Assembly (NCBI GenBank): GCA_944381205.1
Contig: CALWKG010000002.1
Coordinates: 20,464 to 84,463 of the forward strand
From: an uncultured Clostridia bacterium
GTDB taxonomy: Bacteria; Bacillota; Clostridia; Christensenellales; UBA1242
Direction of reading: 5' to 3'
Length of the DNA stretch: 64,000 bases
Part shown: piece by piece, positions 26,247-37,500 of the stretch
Position numbering within the stretch: the stretch's first letter is position 1
How the letters are laid out: each line of letters starts with the position of its first letter
Translations under genes and position numbers: made by a program
Notes under the pieces: generated by a model
Seen by the model: the letters and a program-made list of their open reading frames with translations, nothing else
The model's database searches: none
What the model was told of the DNA's origin: nothing

Positions 26247-27512
26247 ATGTCTGTAATAAAAAAGCAAAAAATATTTCTACCTAATTTGGGAGTTAATGCG
26301 TCAAAATGGGCGGTAATTTCGGGTTCGGAATTTAAATGGGATAAGGAATTTTGGCAAACGGTAGAAAATTATGTGAGTAGCAGTCCATCTACCTTAAATA
26401 TGATTTTGCCAGATATTAATTTGACTAATGATAACAAAGAGAAGATAAAAAAAATAAACGACACTATGGTAGATTATTTTATGAATAGGGTTGTTATAGA
26501 TAGAAATGTAAATATGGTTCTGACGTGTCGTTCGACTCCTTGGCATAGGGATAGATTGGGGCTTGTTTTTACGGTTGACCTTGATGATTACGATTACCAC
26601 GAAGAAGGTAAAGGATTAATAAAAAATATAAAACCCACTATTATAGAAAAGGTTGCTCCGAGAATGGAGATTAGGAAGAACGCGATACTTGAAACAAGTC
26701 ATATAGTTTTACTTTACGACGATAGGGAAAGAAATTTAGCAGGTGACCTTTATAATAACAGGGCTAATTTACAAAAGTTATATGATTTTAATCTAAATAT
26801 GGGTGGTGGACATCTGAGTGGGTATCAAATTAAAGATGTAGATGATGTTATACGGCAGTTTGACAGGTTGGGCAGTGAAGAATATGCAAAAAAATATTAC
26901 AACAGTGATAGACCACTTTTGTTTATCGTAGGAGATGGCAACCATAGTTTAAGTGTTGCAAAGGCCCATTGGGAAAGGCTTAAAAAGACACTTTCCCCAG
27001 AACTTTTGCAAAATCACCCGGCAAGATATGCTTTGGTAGAGGCGGTAAGTATTTACGACCCGGGTGTAGAGTTTAAAGGTATTCACAAAATAATAAAAAA
27101 TGTGAATATCAGAAGGTTTATAAAGGGGATAAAAAAATTAACACATAGGCACTTTAAACGAAACGAAAAGAAGGTTTTTACTATGCAAAGACTTTTTGTA
27201 GAGGGTAAAGAAATTCAGATAAAAATGCCATATGATAGTTTAATTGCGACTAAGAAAGTTCAGGAGTACATAGATAACTATTTGGAAAATGAACTAGAAA
27301 TGACAATAGATTATACTCCTAGTTTTGACAGGGTAAAAGATGAATGTACAAAAGATACAAAAAGTATAGGAATAATAATAGAAGGCTTTGACAAAAGTAA
27401 AATTTTTGAGTATGTTTTAAAATATAATTTCTTACCTAGAAAAACATTTGAATTGTTTAGGCCGATAGAAAAAAGATATAACTATGAAGTACACAAAATA
27501 AAATTGATATAA
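26247..27512 (+). CDS. DUF1015-like protein
   Basis: 421 aa with GGAGG SD. Its size and the segment LLFIVGDGNHSLSVAKAHWE resemble the ADGHHR region of DUF1015 proteins. The match is divergent. Confidence 0.5.
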   Translation: MSVIKKQKIFLPNLGVNASKWAVISGSEFKWDKEFWQTVENYVSSSPSTLNMILPDINLTNDNKEKIKKINDTMVDYFMNRVVIDRNVNMVLTCRSTPWHRDRLGLVFTVDLDDYDYHEEGKGLIKNIKPTIIEKVAPRMEIRKNAILETSHIVLLYDDRERNLAGDLYNNRANLQKLYDFNLNMGGGHLSGYQIKDVDDVIRQFDRLGSEEYAKKYYNSDRPLLFIVGDGNHSLSVAKAHWERLKKTLSPELLQNHPARYALVEAVSIYDPGVEFKGIHKIIKNVNIRRFIKGIKKLTHRHFKRNEKKVFTMQRLFVEGKEIQIKMPYDSLIATKKVQEYIDNYLENELEMTIDYTPSFDRVKDECTKDTKSIGIIIEGFDKSKIFEYVLKYNFLPRKTFELFRPIEKRYNYEVHKIKLI

Positions 27513-27528
27513 AAAAGGACTTATAAAA

Positions 27529-29712
27529 ATGGATATTGCAAAAGCACTTAGTTTAGAATTTAACATCAGACAAGATTACGCGGAAAACATTATTAATTTA
27601 TTGGACGAAGGGTGCACTGTTCCCTTTATCGCAAGGTATCGTAAGGAGATGCACGGTAGTCTTGACGACCAAGTGATTAGGGAATTTGCGGATAGGTTGG
27701 AATACCTTAGAAACTTTGAAAAACGTAAAGAAGAAATAGTAAAACTTATCACAGAACAAGAAAAAATGACCCCAGAGATTATGGATAAGTTGGATAAAGC
27801 GCTTACAATGACCGAACTTGAAGATATTTATAGACCTTTTAGACCAAAACGACAAACAAGGGCTACAATAGCAGAAGCAAAGGGATTAAAGCCTTTGGCA
27901 GAGATTATTTATGCTCAAAAAGACAAGCGAGAATTAGAGGAAATTGCAAAAGATTTTGTTTCACAAGAAAAAGGGGTGGAAGATATTTCTTCCGCACTTG
28001 CTGGGGCATCTGATATTATTGCAGAAATGATATCCGATAATGCCGAAATTAGAAAGATTTTAAGGGAGTTTATTTTCAATTCTGCCCAAATTGTAACGAC
28101 ATTAAAGCCAGGTGAAAAATATTTGGTTTACGAAACTTATGATAATTATAAAGAACCTGCAAACAAAATACCTAGTCATAGAATTCTGGCAATTAATAGG
28201 GGGGAGAGAGAAGATTGCTTAAAGGTAGAAGTTGAAGTTAACTTTGATAGATGTGAGGAGTTAATTGGGGAGGAAGTTTTAGTTAAAAATGGTAGATTTG
28301 AAGAATTTATAAAAAATGCCATAAAAGACAGTTTTGAAAGATTGATAGAGCCATCTATGGTAAGAGAACTAAGGTCTAATTTGACTGATACCGCTAATGA
28401 ACAGGCTATAAAGATGTTTGAAGTAAACTTAAAACCTTTGCTTATGCAACCACCACTTAAAGATAAGGTAATTTTAGGACTTGACCCTGCATATAGAACG
28501 GGCTGTAAAGTCGCGGTTATAGACGAAAGTGGTAACGTCATAGATAAGACCGTTATTTATCCAACACCACCACATAACCAGATTGAAAAGTCAGAGCAAG
28601 TACTCACAGACCTTATTTTAAAAAATAAAGTAGATGCAATAGCCATAGGCAATGGCACGGCAAGTAAGGAAAGTGAAATTTTTGTAAGCAATTTAATAAA
28701 AAAATTACCTATAAAAGTGCAATATATGGTAGTTAACGAAGCGGGGGCTAGTGTGTATAGTGCGTCAAAACTTGGTGCGGAAGAATTCCCTGACTATGAT
28801 GTATCTTTAAGAAGTGCCGTTAGTATTGCAAGAAGATTGCAAGACCCTTTGGCAGAACTTATAAAAATAGATGTTAAGTCTATTGGCGTTGGTCAATATC
28901 AACACGATATGCCACAAAAAAGGCTTACAACAGTTTTGGACGGAGTAGTAGAGGACTGTGTTAACTCTGTTGGCGTAGATTTAAATACCGCATCGTATAA
29001 ACTTTTGGAGCATATTTCTGGGCTTAATGCAAGTATTGCAAAAAATATTGTAGATTACAGGCGAGAACACGGCAAATTTAAGCAAAGGGACGAATTACTT
29101 AAAGTAAATAAACTAGGGAACAAGGCTTACGAGCAGTGTGCGGGTTTTTTGCGTATCCCTAACGAAAAAAATATTTTAGATAATACGGGTGTTCACCCAG
29201 AAAGTTATAGTGCGACCGAAAAACTATTAAAGATGTTTGGTATGACTAGCGAAGATGTAAAAAATGATAACGTGCAAAATTTGCCAAGACTCATTGGAGC
29301 AAAGGGAGAAGAAGCGGTTGCTAGTGCTTGCGGGGTGGGTATTCCTACACTAGATGATATTGTGAAAGAACTTTTAAAGCCGGGGAGAGATATAAGGGAC
29401 GATTTGCCAAAGCCAGAACTTAGAAGCGATGTTTTGAGCATAGAAGATTTAAAAGTTGGTATGGTAATGCGTGGAACAGTGCGAAATGTTATAGATTTTG
29501 GTGCTTTTGTTGATATAGGTGTTCATCAAGATGGATTGGTACATATTTCGGAAGTTTGCGATAGATACATAAAACACCCAAGCGAAGAATTGAGTGTGGG
29601 TGACATTGTAAAAGTAAAAATAATAAGTATTGACTTGCAAAAGCAAAGGATAGGACTATCGATTAAGCGAGTAGGTGAGGACGAAGAAGTTTCGCAAGTA
29701 AATAATCAATAA
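27529..29712 (+). CDS. tex: Tex-like transcription accessory protein (S1 RNA-binding domain protein)
   Basis: N-terminus LLDEGCTVPFIARYRKEMHG, a YqgF-like core (ILGLDPAYRTGCKVAVIDESG), HhH segments, and a C-terminal S1 domain (GTVRNVIDFGAFVDIG..DGLVHISE). Confidence 0.92.
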   Translation: MDIAKALSLEFNIRQDYAENIINLLDEGCTVPFIARYRKEMHGSLDDQVIREFADRLEYLRNFEKRKEEIVKLITEQEKMTPEIMDKLDKALTMTELEDIYRPFRPKRQTRATIAEAKGLKPLAEIIYAQKDKRELEEIAKDFVSQEKGVEDISSALAGASDIIAEMISDNAEIRKILREFIFNSAQIVTTLKPGEKYLVYETYDNYKEPANKIPSHRILAINRGEREDCLKVEVEVNFDRCEELIGEEVLVKNGRFEEFIKNAIKDSFERLIEPSMVRELRSNLTDTANEQAIKMFEVNLKPLLMQPPLKDKVILGLDPAYRTGCKVAVIDESGNVIDKTVIYPTPPHNQIEKSEQVLTDLILKNKVDAIAIGNGTASKESEIFVSNLIKKLPIKVQYMVVNEAGASVYSASKLGAEEFPDYDVSLRSAVSIARRLQDPLAELIKIDVKSIGVGQYQHDMPQKRLTTVLDGVVEDCVNSVGVDLNTASYKLLEHISGLNASIAKNIVDYRREHGKFKQRDELLKVNKLGNKAYEQCAGFLRIPNEKNILDNTGVHPESYSATEKLLKMFGMTSEDVKNDNVQNLPRLIGAKGEEAVASACGVGIPTLDDIVKELLKPGRDIRDDLPKPELRSDVLSIEDLKVGMVMRGTVRNVIDFGAFVDIGVHQDGLVHISEVCDRYIKHPSEELSVGDIVKVKIISIDLQKQRIGLSIKRVGEDEEVSQVNNQ

Positions 29713-29962
29713 AAAAATATTCTCTATATTAAATAGATAATTTTTAAGTAATAAGGCTCTTGAAAACATTAAATTTTTGGGAGTCTTATTTTTTTGTTAT
29801 TATTAAAATTGTTTTGGCAATATGTTATAAAAAGGGTTATGGGGCGATTGTTTTATAGGTTAATTGCTTTTAGAATATGGGGTTCTTCGTCTGCCTATCG
29901 TTGAGAGTCGGTTCTCAGAATGACAGAAGTGTATGTAAAGACAAATAAAAATTTATTAAGAT

Positions 29963-29996
29963 AAAAAAGGCTCCAAATACTTTTGGAGCCTTTTTT
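29963..29996. terminator. bidirectional intrinsic terminator between tex and the ABC exporter genes
   Basis: GGCTCCAAA-TACT-TTTGGAGCC 9-bp stem flanked by A6 and T6. Confidence 0.85.
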
Positions 29997-30000
29997 ACAT

Positions 30001-30121
30001 ACATTAGTAAATTAACACACGTTAGTAATTTAATACACATTAGTAATCTATATTGATATTAGTAAACTGTGTTGTATTAGTAATTTATATGTATATGTTA
30101 GTGGTTTGTTTATTTTAGTGA
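30001..30121 (+). repeat. seven degenerate about 18-bp tandem units centred on TTAGTAA
   Basis: TTAGTAA, TTAGTGG or TTAGTGA at 30004, 30022, 30040, 30059, 30077, 30098, 30115, giving spacings of 18, 18, 19, 18, 21, 17. Confidence 0.75.
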
Positions 30122-30176
30122 ATAGTTTGCGGGTAGTTTTTGTGTTAAAGGTGTTTTTAACTTTTAAAAGTTTTGT

Positions 30177-32069
30177 TTATTCTAATTCAAATTTGCCGGT
30201 ATATAACTCGTAATATTTTCCTTTTTGCTCAATAAGTTGTTCGTGGGTACCTTTTTCGATAATCCTGCCTTGTTCTAAAACCATAATAACATTAGAGTTT
30301 TGCACAGTAGAAAGTCTGTGCGCAATGACGAAAACCGTTCTGCCTTTCATAAGTGCGTCCATACCATCTTGTACAAGTTTTTCAGTGTGGGTGTCTATGC
30401 TAGAAGTTGCCTCGTCTAAAATCATAACAGGAGCATTGGCAACTGCTGCTCTTGCAATGGATAGTAATTGCCTTTGACCTTGTGATAAATTAGCGCCATC
30501 ACTTTCAAGCATTGTATCATAACCTTGCGGTAATCTTTGGATAAAGTCGTCTGCGTTGGCTAGTCTTGCGGCTTCAAAGACTTGCTCGTCTGTTGCGTCT
30601 AGGTTGCCATAACGAATGTTTTCTTTAACAGTACCACTAAACAAGTTTGTATCCTGCAAGACCATACCGATAGAACGTCTTAAATCATCTTTTTTTATTC
30701 GGTTAATGTTAATTCCGTCATATCTAATTTTCCCGTTAGCGATATCATAAAATCTATTAATTAAGTTAGTTATTGTTGTTTTGCCTGCGCCAGTTGCCCC
30801 AACAAAGGCGACCTTTTGTCCCGGTTTTGCGTATAGGGAAATGTTGTGAAGGACTATTTTTTCGTCCGTATAGCCGAAGTCTACGTCAAAAAATCTAACA
30901 TCTCCGCGAACGAGTATAAGTTGTTCATCTTTTTTCTGTCTTGGGTCTTTCCAAGCATAAAGTCCTGTTTTGTCAGGAACTTCTATCAATTTTCCGTTTG
31001 TGTCACGTTTTACGTTAACTAGTGTAACTATGCCCCTATCTACTTCTGGGGTTTCGTCTATTAAATTAAAAATACGAGTTGCCCCTGCAAGCGCTACAAT
31101 AATAGAGTTTACCTGCTGGGAAACTTGGCTAATTGGTTGGGTAAATGCTCTGCCTAAATTTAGGAAGGACACGATTGTGCCAATAGTTATAGCACTTAGT
31201 CCAAGAATGGTTAGGTTAGGGGTGTTTGTAATATAGAACAATCCGCCAACAACGGCAATGAAAACGTACTGTAAGTTTGTAAGGTTTCCCATTATTGGCA
31301 TAAATATATTGGCATATTTGTGTGCCTTGTTGGCATTATAGCAAAGTTCGTCATTTAAAATGTTGAAGTTTTTTATGGTATCTTCTTCGTGGTTGAAAAC
31401 TTTTATAACCTTTTGCCCATTAATCATTTCTTGAATAAAACCCGTGGTTGAACCAATGGCTTGCTGTTGAGCAATAAAGTATTTACCACTTTTTTTACCA
31501 AGTTTTTTTGTGATTATTAAAATAAGCAATAAAAAGAAAAGTACGACCAATGTAAGATATATGCTAAAATAAAACATAGTACAAAATACTGCAATAACGG
31601 TAACAAAAGAAGATATTATTTGAGGGATACTTTGACTTATCATAGATTCTAGGGAATCTGTATCGTTGGTGTAGTGGCTCATAATGTCCCCGTGTGTATG
31701 AGTGTCGAAATATTTTATAGGTAACCTTTGCATTTTTGCAAACATTTGGTTTCGGATATCTCGTAAGACATCTTCGGATATTATAACCATAAGAAAATTA
31801 TATGTGTAAGTGGATATAATGCCTACTACAAATATTATGGACATAAGTAATATGCTTTTTAGCATTTCAGGGAATAAGTTTGCCCCTGTTGTAAGCATAG
31901 GCTCTATATAATTATCCACAACTACCTTTATAAAGATTGAAGACGTGACGGTGGTGATGGAGGATAAAAGTATACAAAATAATACAATCCCAAACATAAT
32001 TTTATGTTTTTTTATTATAAGACCAATGAGTCTAGCCATTGTAGATTTTTTATTCTTTATCTTTTGCAT
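30177..32069 (-). CDS. ABC exporter fused permease/ATPase subunit (second half of a heterodimer)
   Basis: Six-TM domain followed by Walker A GATGAGKTT, LSQGQRQL and ILDEATS. ATG 32069 behind AAGGAGGAAG is preferred over the track start 32102. Confidence 0.88.
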   Translation of the reverse strand: MQKIKNKKSTMARLIGLIIKKHKIMFGIVLFCILLSSITTVTSSIFIKVVVDNYIEPMLTTGANLFPEMLKSILLMSIIFVVGIISTYTYNFLMVIISEDVLRDIRNQMFAKMQRLPIKYFDTHTHGDIMSHYTNDTDSLESMISQSIPQIISSFVTVIAVFCTMFYFSIYLTLVVLFFLLLILIITKKLGKKSGKYFIAQQQAIGSTTGFIQEMINGQKVIKVFNHEEDTIKNFNILNDELCYNANKAHKYANIFMPIMGNLTNLQYVFIAVVGGLFYITNTPNLTILGLSAITIGTIVSFLNLGRAFTQPISQVSQQVNSIIVALAGATRIFNLIDETPEVDRGIVTLVNVKRDTNGKLIEVPDKTGLYAWKDPRQKKDEQLILVRGDVRFFDVDFGYTDEKIVLHNISLYAKPGQKVAFVGATGAGKTTITNLINRFYDIANGKIRYDGININRIKKDDLRRSIGMVLQDTNLFSGTVKENIRYGNLDATDEQVFEAARLANADDFIQRLPQGYDTMLESDGANLSQGQRQLLSIARAAVANAPVMILDEATSSIDTHTEKLVQDGMDALMKGRTVFVIAHRLSTVQNSNVIMVLEQGRIIEKGTHEQLIEQKGKYYELYTGKFELE

Positions 32070-33807
32070 TTGACTTCCTCCTTTTCTTATTTTGGCTTTC
32101 ATATAAATCTTTATATAGTTCGCTTGTTTTTAATAACTCGCTATGCGTGCCTGTTTGTAAAATTTTACCTGACTCCATAATGATTATCAAGTCTGCATCT
32201 TGAATACTTGACACTCTTTGTGAAATGATTATTTTTGTGGTCTTTGGTAATTCTTGTTTAAATGATTGTCTAATTAAGGTGTCTGTCTTGGTATCTACGG
32301 CACTTGTGGAGTCGTCCAAAATTAATATTTTTGGCTTTTTTAAAAGGGCGCGGGCAATGCAAAGTCTTTGTTTTTGCCCACCGCTCACATTTGTCCCGCC
32401 TTCTTCAATATATGTATCATATTTATCTGGCATTTTTTCAATAAATTCATCAGCACAGGCAACTTTGCACGCGTGTTTTATTTCTTCCATAGAGGCATCT
32501 TTGTTGCCCCATTTTAAGTTTTCGGTGATAGTTCCAGAAAATAGCACGTTTTTTTGTAAAACGACAGCAACACTATCACGCAAAGTTTCAAGGTCGTATT
32601 CTTTTACGTTTTTTCCACCCACATAAACACTGCCCATTGTAGCATCGTACAATCTTGGAATAAGGGATATTAATGTAGTTTTTGAACTACCTGTATTTCC
32701 CAAAATACCTATAACTTGCCCAGTTTTTATGTGTAGATTGATATCTTTTAAGCATAATTTTGAGATATCTCCGGTGTAACTAAATGACACGTTTTCAAAG
32801 TCAACATCTCCGTTTTTTACTTTTGTTATGGAATTTTCGCAATTAACGATAGTTGGTTTTTCGTCTAGAATTTCAATAATTCTTTCTGCTGATGGTCTTG
32901 CAATAGTGGTACTTACCAAAATAAAAGATAACATCATAAGAGACATAAGTATTTGCATAATGTATGTAAATAGTGCAGATAGTTGCCCAGTATCTAAACT
33001 ACTACCACCGCTATTGACTATAATTTCTGCTCCAAACCAAGCGACAAGTATCATACACGCATACATAATAAATTGCATAAGCGGGGACGTAAATGCTAAA
33101 ATTTTTCTGGCACTAGTATTGTCTTTGTAAATTAAATCACTAACTTTTTCAAACTTTTTTACTTCGTAATCTTCTCTTACATAAGATTTTACAACTCTGG
33201 CAGCACGTACGTTTTCTTGTACGGTTCTATTCATATCATCATATTCTTTAACAACACGTCTAAAAATAGGATGAACATTTTTTAAAATAAAGTACAATCC
33301 AACCACCAATAAAGGTGATGCAACAAGTAAAATTAATGCCATTGTGACGTTAATGGTAAAGGTGAGAGTCAGTGCGAGAATAAGCATTATTGGGGCACGA
33401 ATTGCTGTCCTGATTATCATTTGGTATGCATTCTGAACAAAATTTATATCAGTTGTGAGCCTAGTTACAAGACCTGCCGGTGAATACTTGTCAATGTTTG
33501 AAAACGAAAAGGTTTGTATTTTGCTAAACATATCGTAACGTAAATTTTTAGAAAATCCTGAACTTGCCTTTGCACAAAAACTACCTGATAAAAAACCAAA
33601 TAACAGCGAAAGTAGTGCCATTACACAAAGAATTACACCTAGTTTTATAACAACACTCATGTTAAAGTTGTTCTCCAAACTATCTATTAGATATGACATA
33701 AGGTAGGGAATTAAAACCTCTAACACAACCTCAAAGAAAACGAAGACAGAAGTGAGTATTGAAGGTGTTTTGTATTCACGTATAGATTTCATTAATTTTT
33801 TTACCAT
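32050..33807 (-). CDS. ABC exporter fused permease/ATPase subunit (first half of a heterodimer)
   Basis: Six-TM domain followed by GNTGSSKTT, VSGGQKQR and ILDDSTS. Overlaps the downstream partner by 20 nt. Confidence 0.88.
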   Translation of the reverse strand: MVKKLMKSIREYKTPSILTSVFVFFEVVLEVLIPYLMSYLIDSLENNFNMSVVIKLGVILCVMALLSLLFGFLSGSFCAKASSGFSKNLRYDMFSKIQTFSFSNIDKYSPAGLVTRLTTDINFVQNAYQMIIRTAIRAPIMLILALTLTFTINVTMALILLVASPLLVVGLYFILKNVHPIFRRVVKEYDDMNRTVQENVRAARVVKSYVREDYEVKKFEKVSDLIYKDNTSARKILAFTSPLMQFIMYACMILVAWFGAEIIVNSGGSSLDTGQLSALFTYIMQILMSLMMLSFILVSTTIARPSAERIIEILDEKPTIVNCENSITKVKNGDVDFENVSFSYTGDISKLCLKDINLHIKTGQVIGILGNTGSSKTTLISLIPRLYDATMGSVYVGGKNVKEYDLETLRDSVAVVLQKNVLFSGTITENLKWGNKDASMEEIKHACKVACADEFIEKMPDKYDTYIEEGGTNVSGGQKQRLCIARALLKKPKILILDDSTSAVDTKTDTLIRQSFKQELPKTTKIIISQRVSSIQDADLIIIMESGKILQTGTHSELLKTSELYKDLYESQNKKRRKSNAKDKE

Positions 33808-34514
33808 AATTATTTTCCTTTTAAAGTGTCAAAAAAAATAATGACACTAATACAACAAATGTTACTGCATCACAAAAAAATAAACATAAAATATGTTTGT
33901 TATATTGATAGATATTTTTAGAAATACAAATAAAAATTTGCTAAAAAATCATTCAATAAATTTTGTATCAATTTTAATTTTTTTTGTCAAGTCATATTTT
34001 TAATTATTTGCTGAATTATCATTATGAATTGATTATTAAATAAATATGTTTTTTGTGAAAAAATTTTTATATATTTAGATGTGATTTATTAAGACTAATT
34101 GTGGTTGTGTAAAAAAAGTATTTTATTATCGAAAAAATACATTATCTTTTTCTTAGACTGTTTAGTCGATAAGTTAAGTCACATATAAACATATTGGCTT
34201 AAATTCTTGGTTGATTTAGTATAATTTATTCCGACCGTTTGGTCGAAGCGAGATATTTCTGGTAGTTTTTGTATAATTAAAATTTATAAAAAACTCTTTT
34301 TTAAAATTGAATATTTAAATATTTTTTGTCAAGCCGTTTATTGTTAAATCATTCAAGTGAAAAAACGGAAAATGTTTACAAATTGTTTATAACATACACG
34401 AGTATTAGGAACAAAAAATTAATAAAAAATAATTAAAAAAATTATCAAAATTTTTGCCGATTTTGTTTTGAAAGTTCCCCAATATATGTTAATATTTTAT
34501 ATATTTAAAGAACC

Positions 34515-34523
34515 TGCTATAAT
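34515..34523 (+). promoter_or_regulatory. candidate extended -10 (TGCTATAAT) for the giant gene
   Basis: TG at 34515-34516 and TATAAT at 34518-34523, about 52 nt before the ATG. The -35 is poor. Confidence 0.35.
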
Positions 34524-34574
34524 TTTAAAATATTTTTTCTTTTGTAGAGAGATAATACTAAGGAGGAAATCTTA

Positions 34575-37500
34575 ATGGCTGACGATAAAAATAATTTGAG
34601 CAATGGGGGAAATAATAACGAAGTGCAAGGTACAAATAAAAATGTAAATGCACAAGGTTCTAAGGTGCCTAATTCTCAATCGAGTGGAGTCCCGCCTATT
34701 AAAGCGGGTAGTGGTGTTCCGCCAATAAAGCCGAGTGGTGTTCCGCCAATAAAGTCCGGGAATGGAGTTCCTCCTATACATACTAGCAATGGAAATTCTA
34801 CAACTGGAACAACAAATGAGTCTCAAAAAGTTGAAAGTAGTAGTTCCTCCAATGTGAGTAATGATGCAAAAAAAGAAAAACAGTCTAACAACAAATCAAG
34901 AAAGAGTAAAAAAATTGCCCTAGTAGTTATTTTGTTGGCATTACTTGCTTGTGCGGGAATTGTTGCAGGGGTATTTTTAGCGCCTGCTGGCGAGTACACT
35001 GTAAGATTTGAAGGGTGGTATACTCCTGTTGAAAGTCAGGGGGTTAAGGGCGGTGAAGTTTTGAATTTACCGGTATTAGAAGATGTGGTTAACAATAAAG
35101 GCGAAGTTGTGCTTAAATTTGAAGGCTGGACTTACGAAGATGGTAGAGAATATATTCCTTCCGCAGTAAGAAGTAATTTTACCCTTTATGCAAAATATAC
35201 AGCAAAGGACATTACGTCTACTTTTGTAATGAAAAACATTTATAGTGAAAGGGAAAATCAGTATATTTATTTAACGTCTACTACTACAAAATTTTTTGAT
35301 GAAAGTATAGAGTTATCTAGTTTTGTAGATGAAATTTTAAATTTTGAAAATGAAGAATATGTTGGCTTTGCAAACGTAAAAGAGTACAATGTGCAAAACT
35401 TTACTATTGGGGCTCAAATAAACGATGTTTCTATTAATTCAATGGTTGATTTTATAGACAAGTATTTCAATCTTGCAACATTTACTGTTTTAGGGGAAGA
35501 AGAATCTTTTGGCGCACAAGATATAATGCTAACTCCTATGCAAGATAGTGTTATAGTGGTGGATTTTATTCCAAAACCAGATGGAATTACAATTATATAC
35601 GACGATAATTTGGAAAGTATAAAAAAGGATTATATAGGTAGTGAAGATTTTGACGAAAGCGATTTTAATTTACCTAGTCACGAAGTAAAAGTTGAATATG
35701 GTATGCAAAATTATGTTTTCCCAAGTTTTAGCGAGTATTGGGATATAAATGCTCCTAATCACGACTTTGTAGGTTGGTCTTTAATAGACCCAGAATTAGA
35801 TGAAGAAGGCAATATTACTAATGTAAATTTTGGGCAAGGTGATAGTTTTGTTAAAATTGGTGATAGTGTAAACATTGATAGGGATTTTTTAAATAATGGC
35901 ACGCAAATCACACTTTATGGTATTTGGAATCAAGGGACTACTAACCTTTTAATTTATACAGACTACAATGCTGATGCTTCTATTGATACAAGTGTTTCGA
36001 TAGGCGTGTCAAAGCCTGTTGGGGAGTGGGCAGAAGACGAGTTGAGCGTCTTACAAAAAGAGGGCTTTGCTTTGGTTGGTTTTAATACACAGCCTGATGG
36101 TAACGGGTTAAGACTTAATCTTGATACCGCTATTGAAGGTGGTATGGACTCTGAATATTATAACAAAGAACTTGGTTGTATTGTCTTGTATGCGGTTTAT
36201 AAAAAGATTGTAGAAGAAACATATATAGACATAAACGATGATTCTGTCGATGCTGTTTTGGTAGACGGAATGGTAAAAGATAGTGTGGCTTATGATTTGA
36301 AACTTGAAGAAGGCTATAAATATGAACAAACAGTAGAAATTACTTTTGACGAAATAAACAGAAGGTTTACAATTACAAATTTGCTGGTGGGGGCTGAAAT
36401 TAGTTTACCTAATTTTGATAGGTCAAATTATAGTCTTAACAGTTTTGTGATTAATGGTAATTCCTATGCAACGGGAGAAAATGGGTTAGTCTATACCATA
36501 CTTGAAAATGATATATTTAGGCAAACTGTTGAGTTAGATGCTAAGTGGAGGGGAATTGACTATGAGTTTAATATTATTGGCTATGAAGGTCAAAACAGAA
36601 TTATACCTATTGAGTATGGTAAGAGTTTAAGTTTGCAAATAGATTACGAGTTTTTAAATAACGAAGGAATTGTTGATATTGCCGTATATAATGCAGAGTC
36701 TATGGCGGAAATTGATAGTATTACTTTTAGAAGAATGGGGCACACATTTAACTATTTCGCTTTAAGTGGTGAGGAAATATCAAATAGTGAATTGTCACTT
36801 TTTGTGGTAAATAGGCTTTTTGATGAAATTGTGGGTGATTGGACTATTTGTGAATATGATGTCAGTTTTATATTGTCTGGCGGGCAATATTTAGATAGAG
36901 ATGATAATTTGGATTATACAAGCCCTTATACCATAAGTGGAGTTAAGTTTAATACCGATATTTCACTTATATCTAATTATGTAACCCGTGAAGGATATAA
37001 TTTGATGGGGTGGGTAACATCTGCCGATAGTGAAGACGTGGATTATAGTTATGATAAGACAACTCTTACAATAACAAATGATTTAGAATTATATGCTGTC
37101 TGGCAAAAGGCCAATAAGATAACTCTGTTACTAGACAATTTAAGAAGTGAAGAATATGTTATTTATACTGATAGAAATAACTATTTTGTGCTAACCGGTG
37201 AAGAATTTGATGGCTATAAATTTGATAGGTTTAGTGCATCACCTACCGGAGAAGTTTATGCAAAATATTTTGAAGCCAATAGTGACAGACAGTACTACGG
37301 ATTAGATACAGATATAGAGTTGTATGCAATGTGGGCAGAAGTCGTGTTTTCTGCCGGAGAAAATAGTGCTCAGTATGTACAAGGTGGGAATGTGCCGGAG
37401 TCATTTTATGTTACCAATGATGTTTTTAATGTAAATATACCAGAACAAAATTTTGTTACAACATCATATTACAAATTCGATAGTTGGTCTATGGGTGGCA

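Noticed and set aside
25733-30121. CRISPR array as an explanation for the T-tract region or the 18-bp TTAGTAA array.
   Set aside because: The repeat units are 10-18 bp with no unique spacers of CRISPR size, and no cas genes are in the window.
32070-32102. 11-codon N-terminal extension of the second ABC exporter gene.
   Set aside because: The internal ATG 32069 is preceded by AAGGAGGAAG at ideal spacing, and the extension would overlap the upstream gene by 53 nt.
1-34000. Remaining small track ORFs nested antisense or out of frame in larger genes (for example 1049..1249, 3862..4080, 4447..4707, 5486..5791, 7252..7990, 9173..9355, 10744..10995, 11912..12160, 13460..14062, 14615..15094, 15864..17078, 17249..18634, 20859..21071, 22439..23258, 23313..23534, 24435..24671, 25276..25512, 26394..26600, 27598..29646, 30970..31236, 32225..33130).
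   Set aside because: Each is fully overlapped by a longer ORF with clear family motifs. None has an SD or a recognisable motif.
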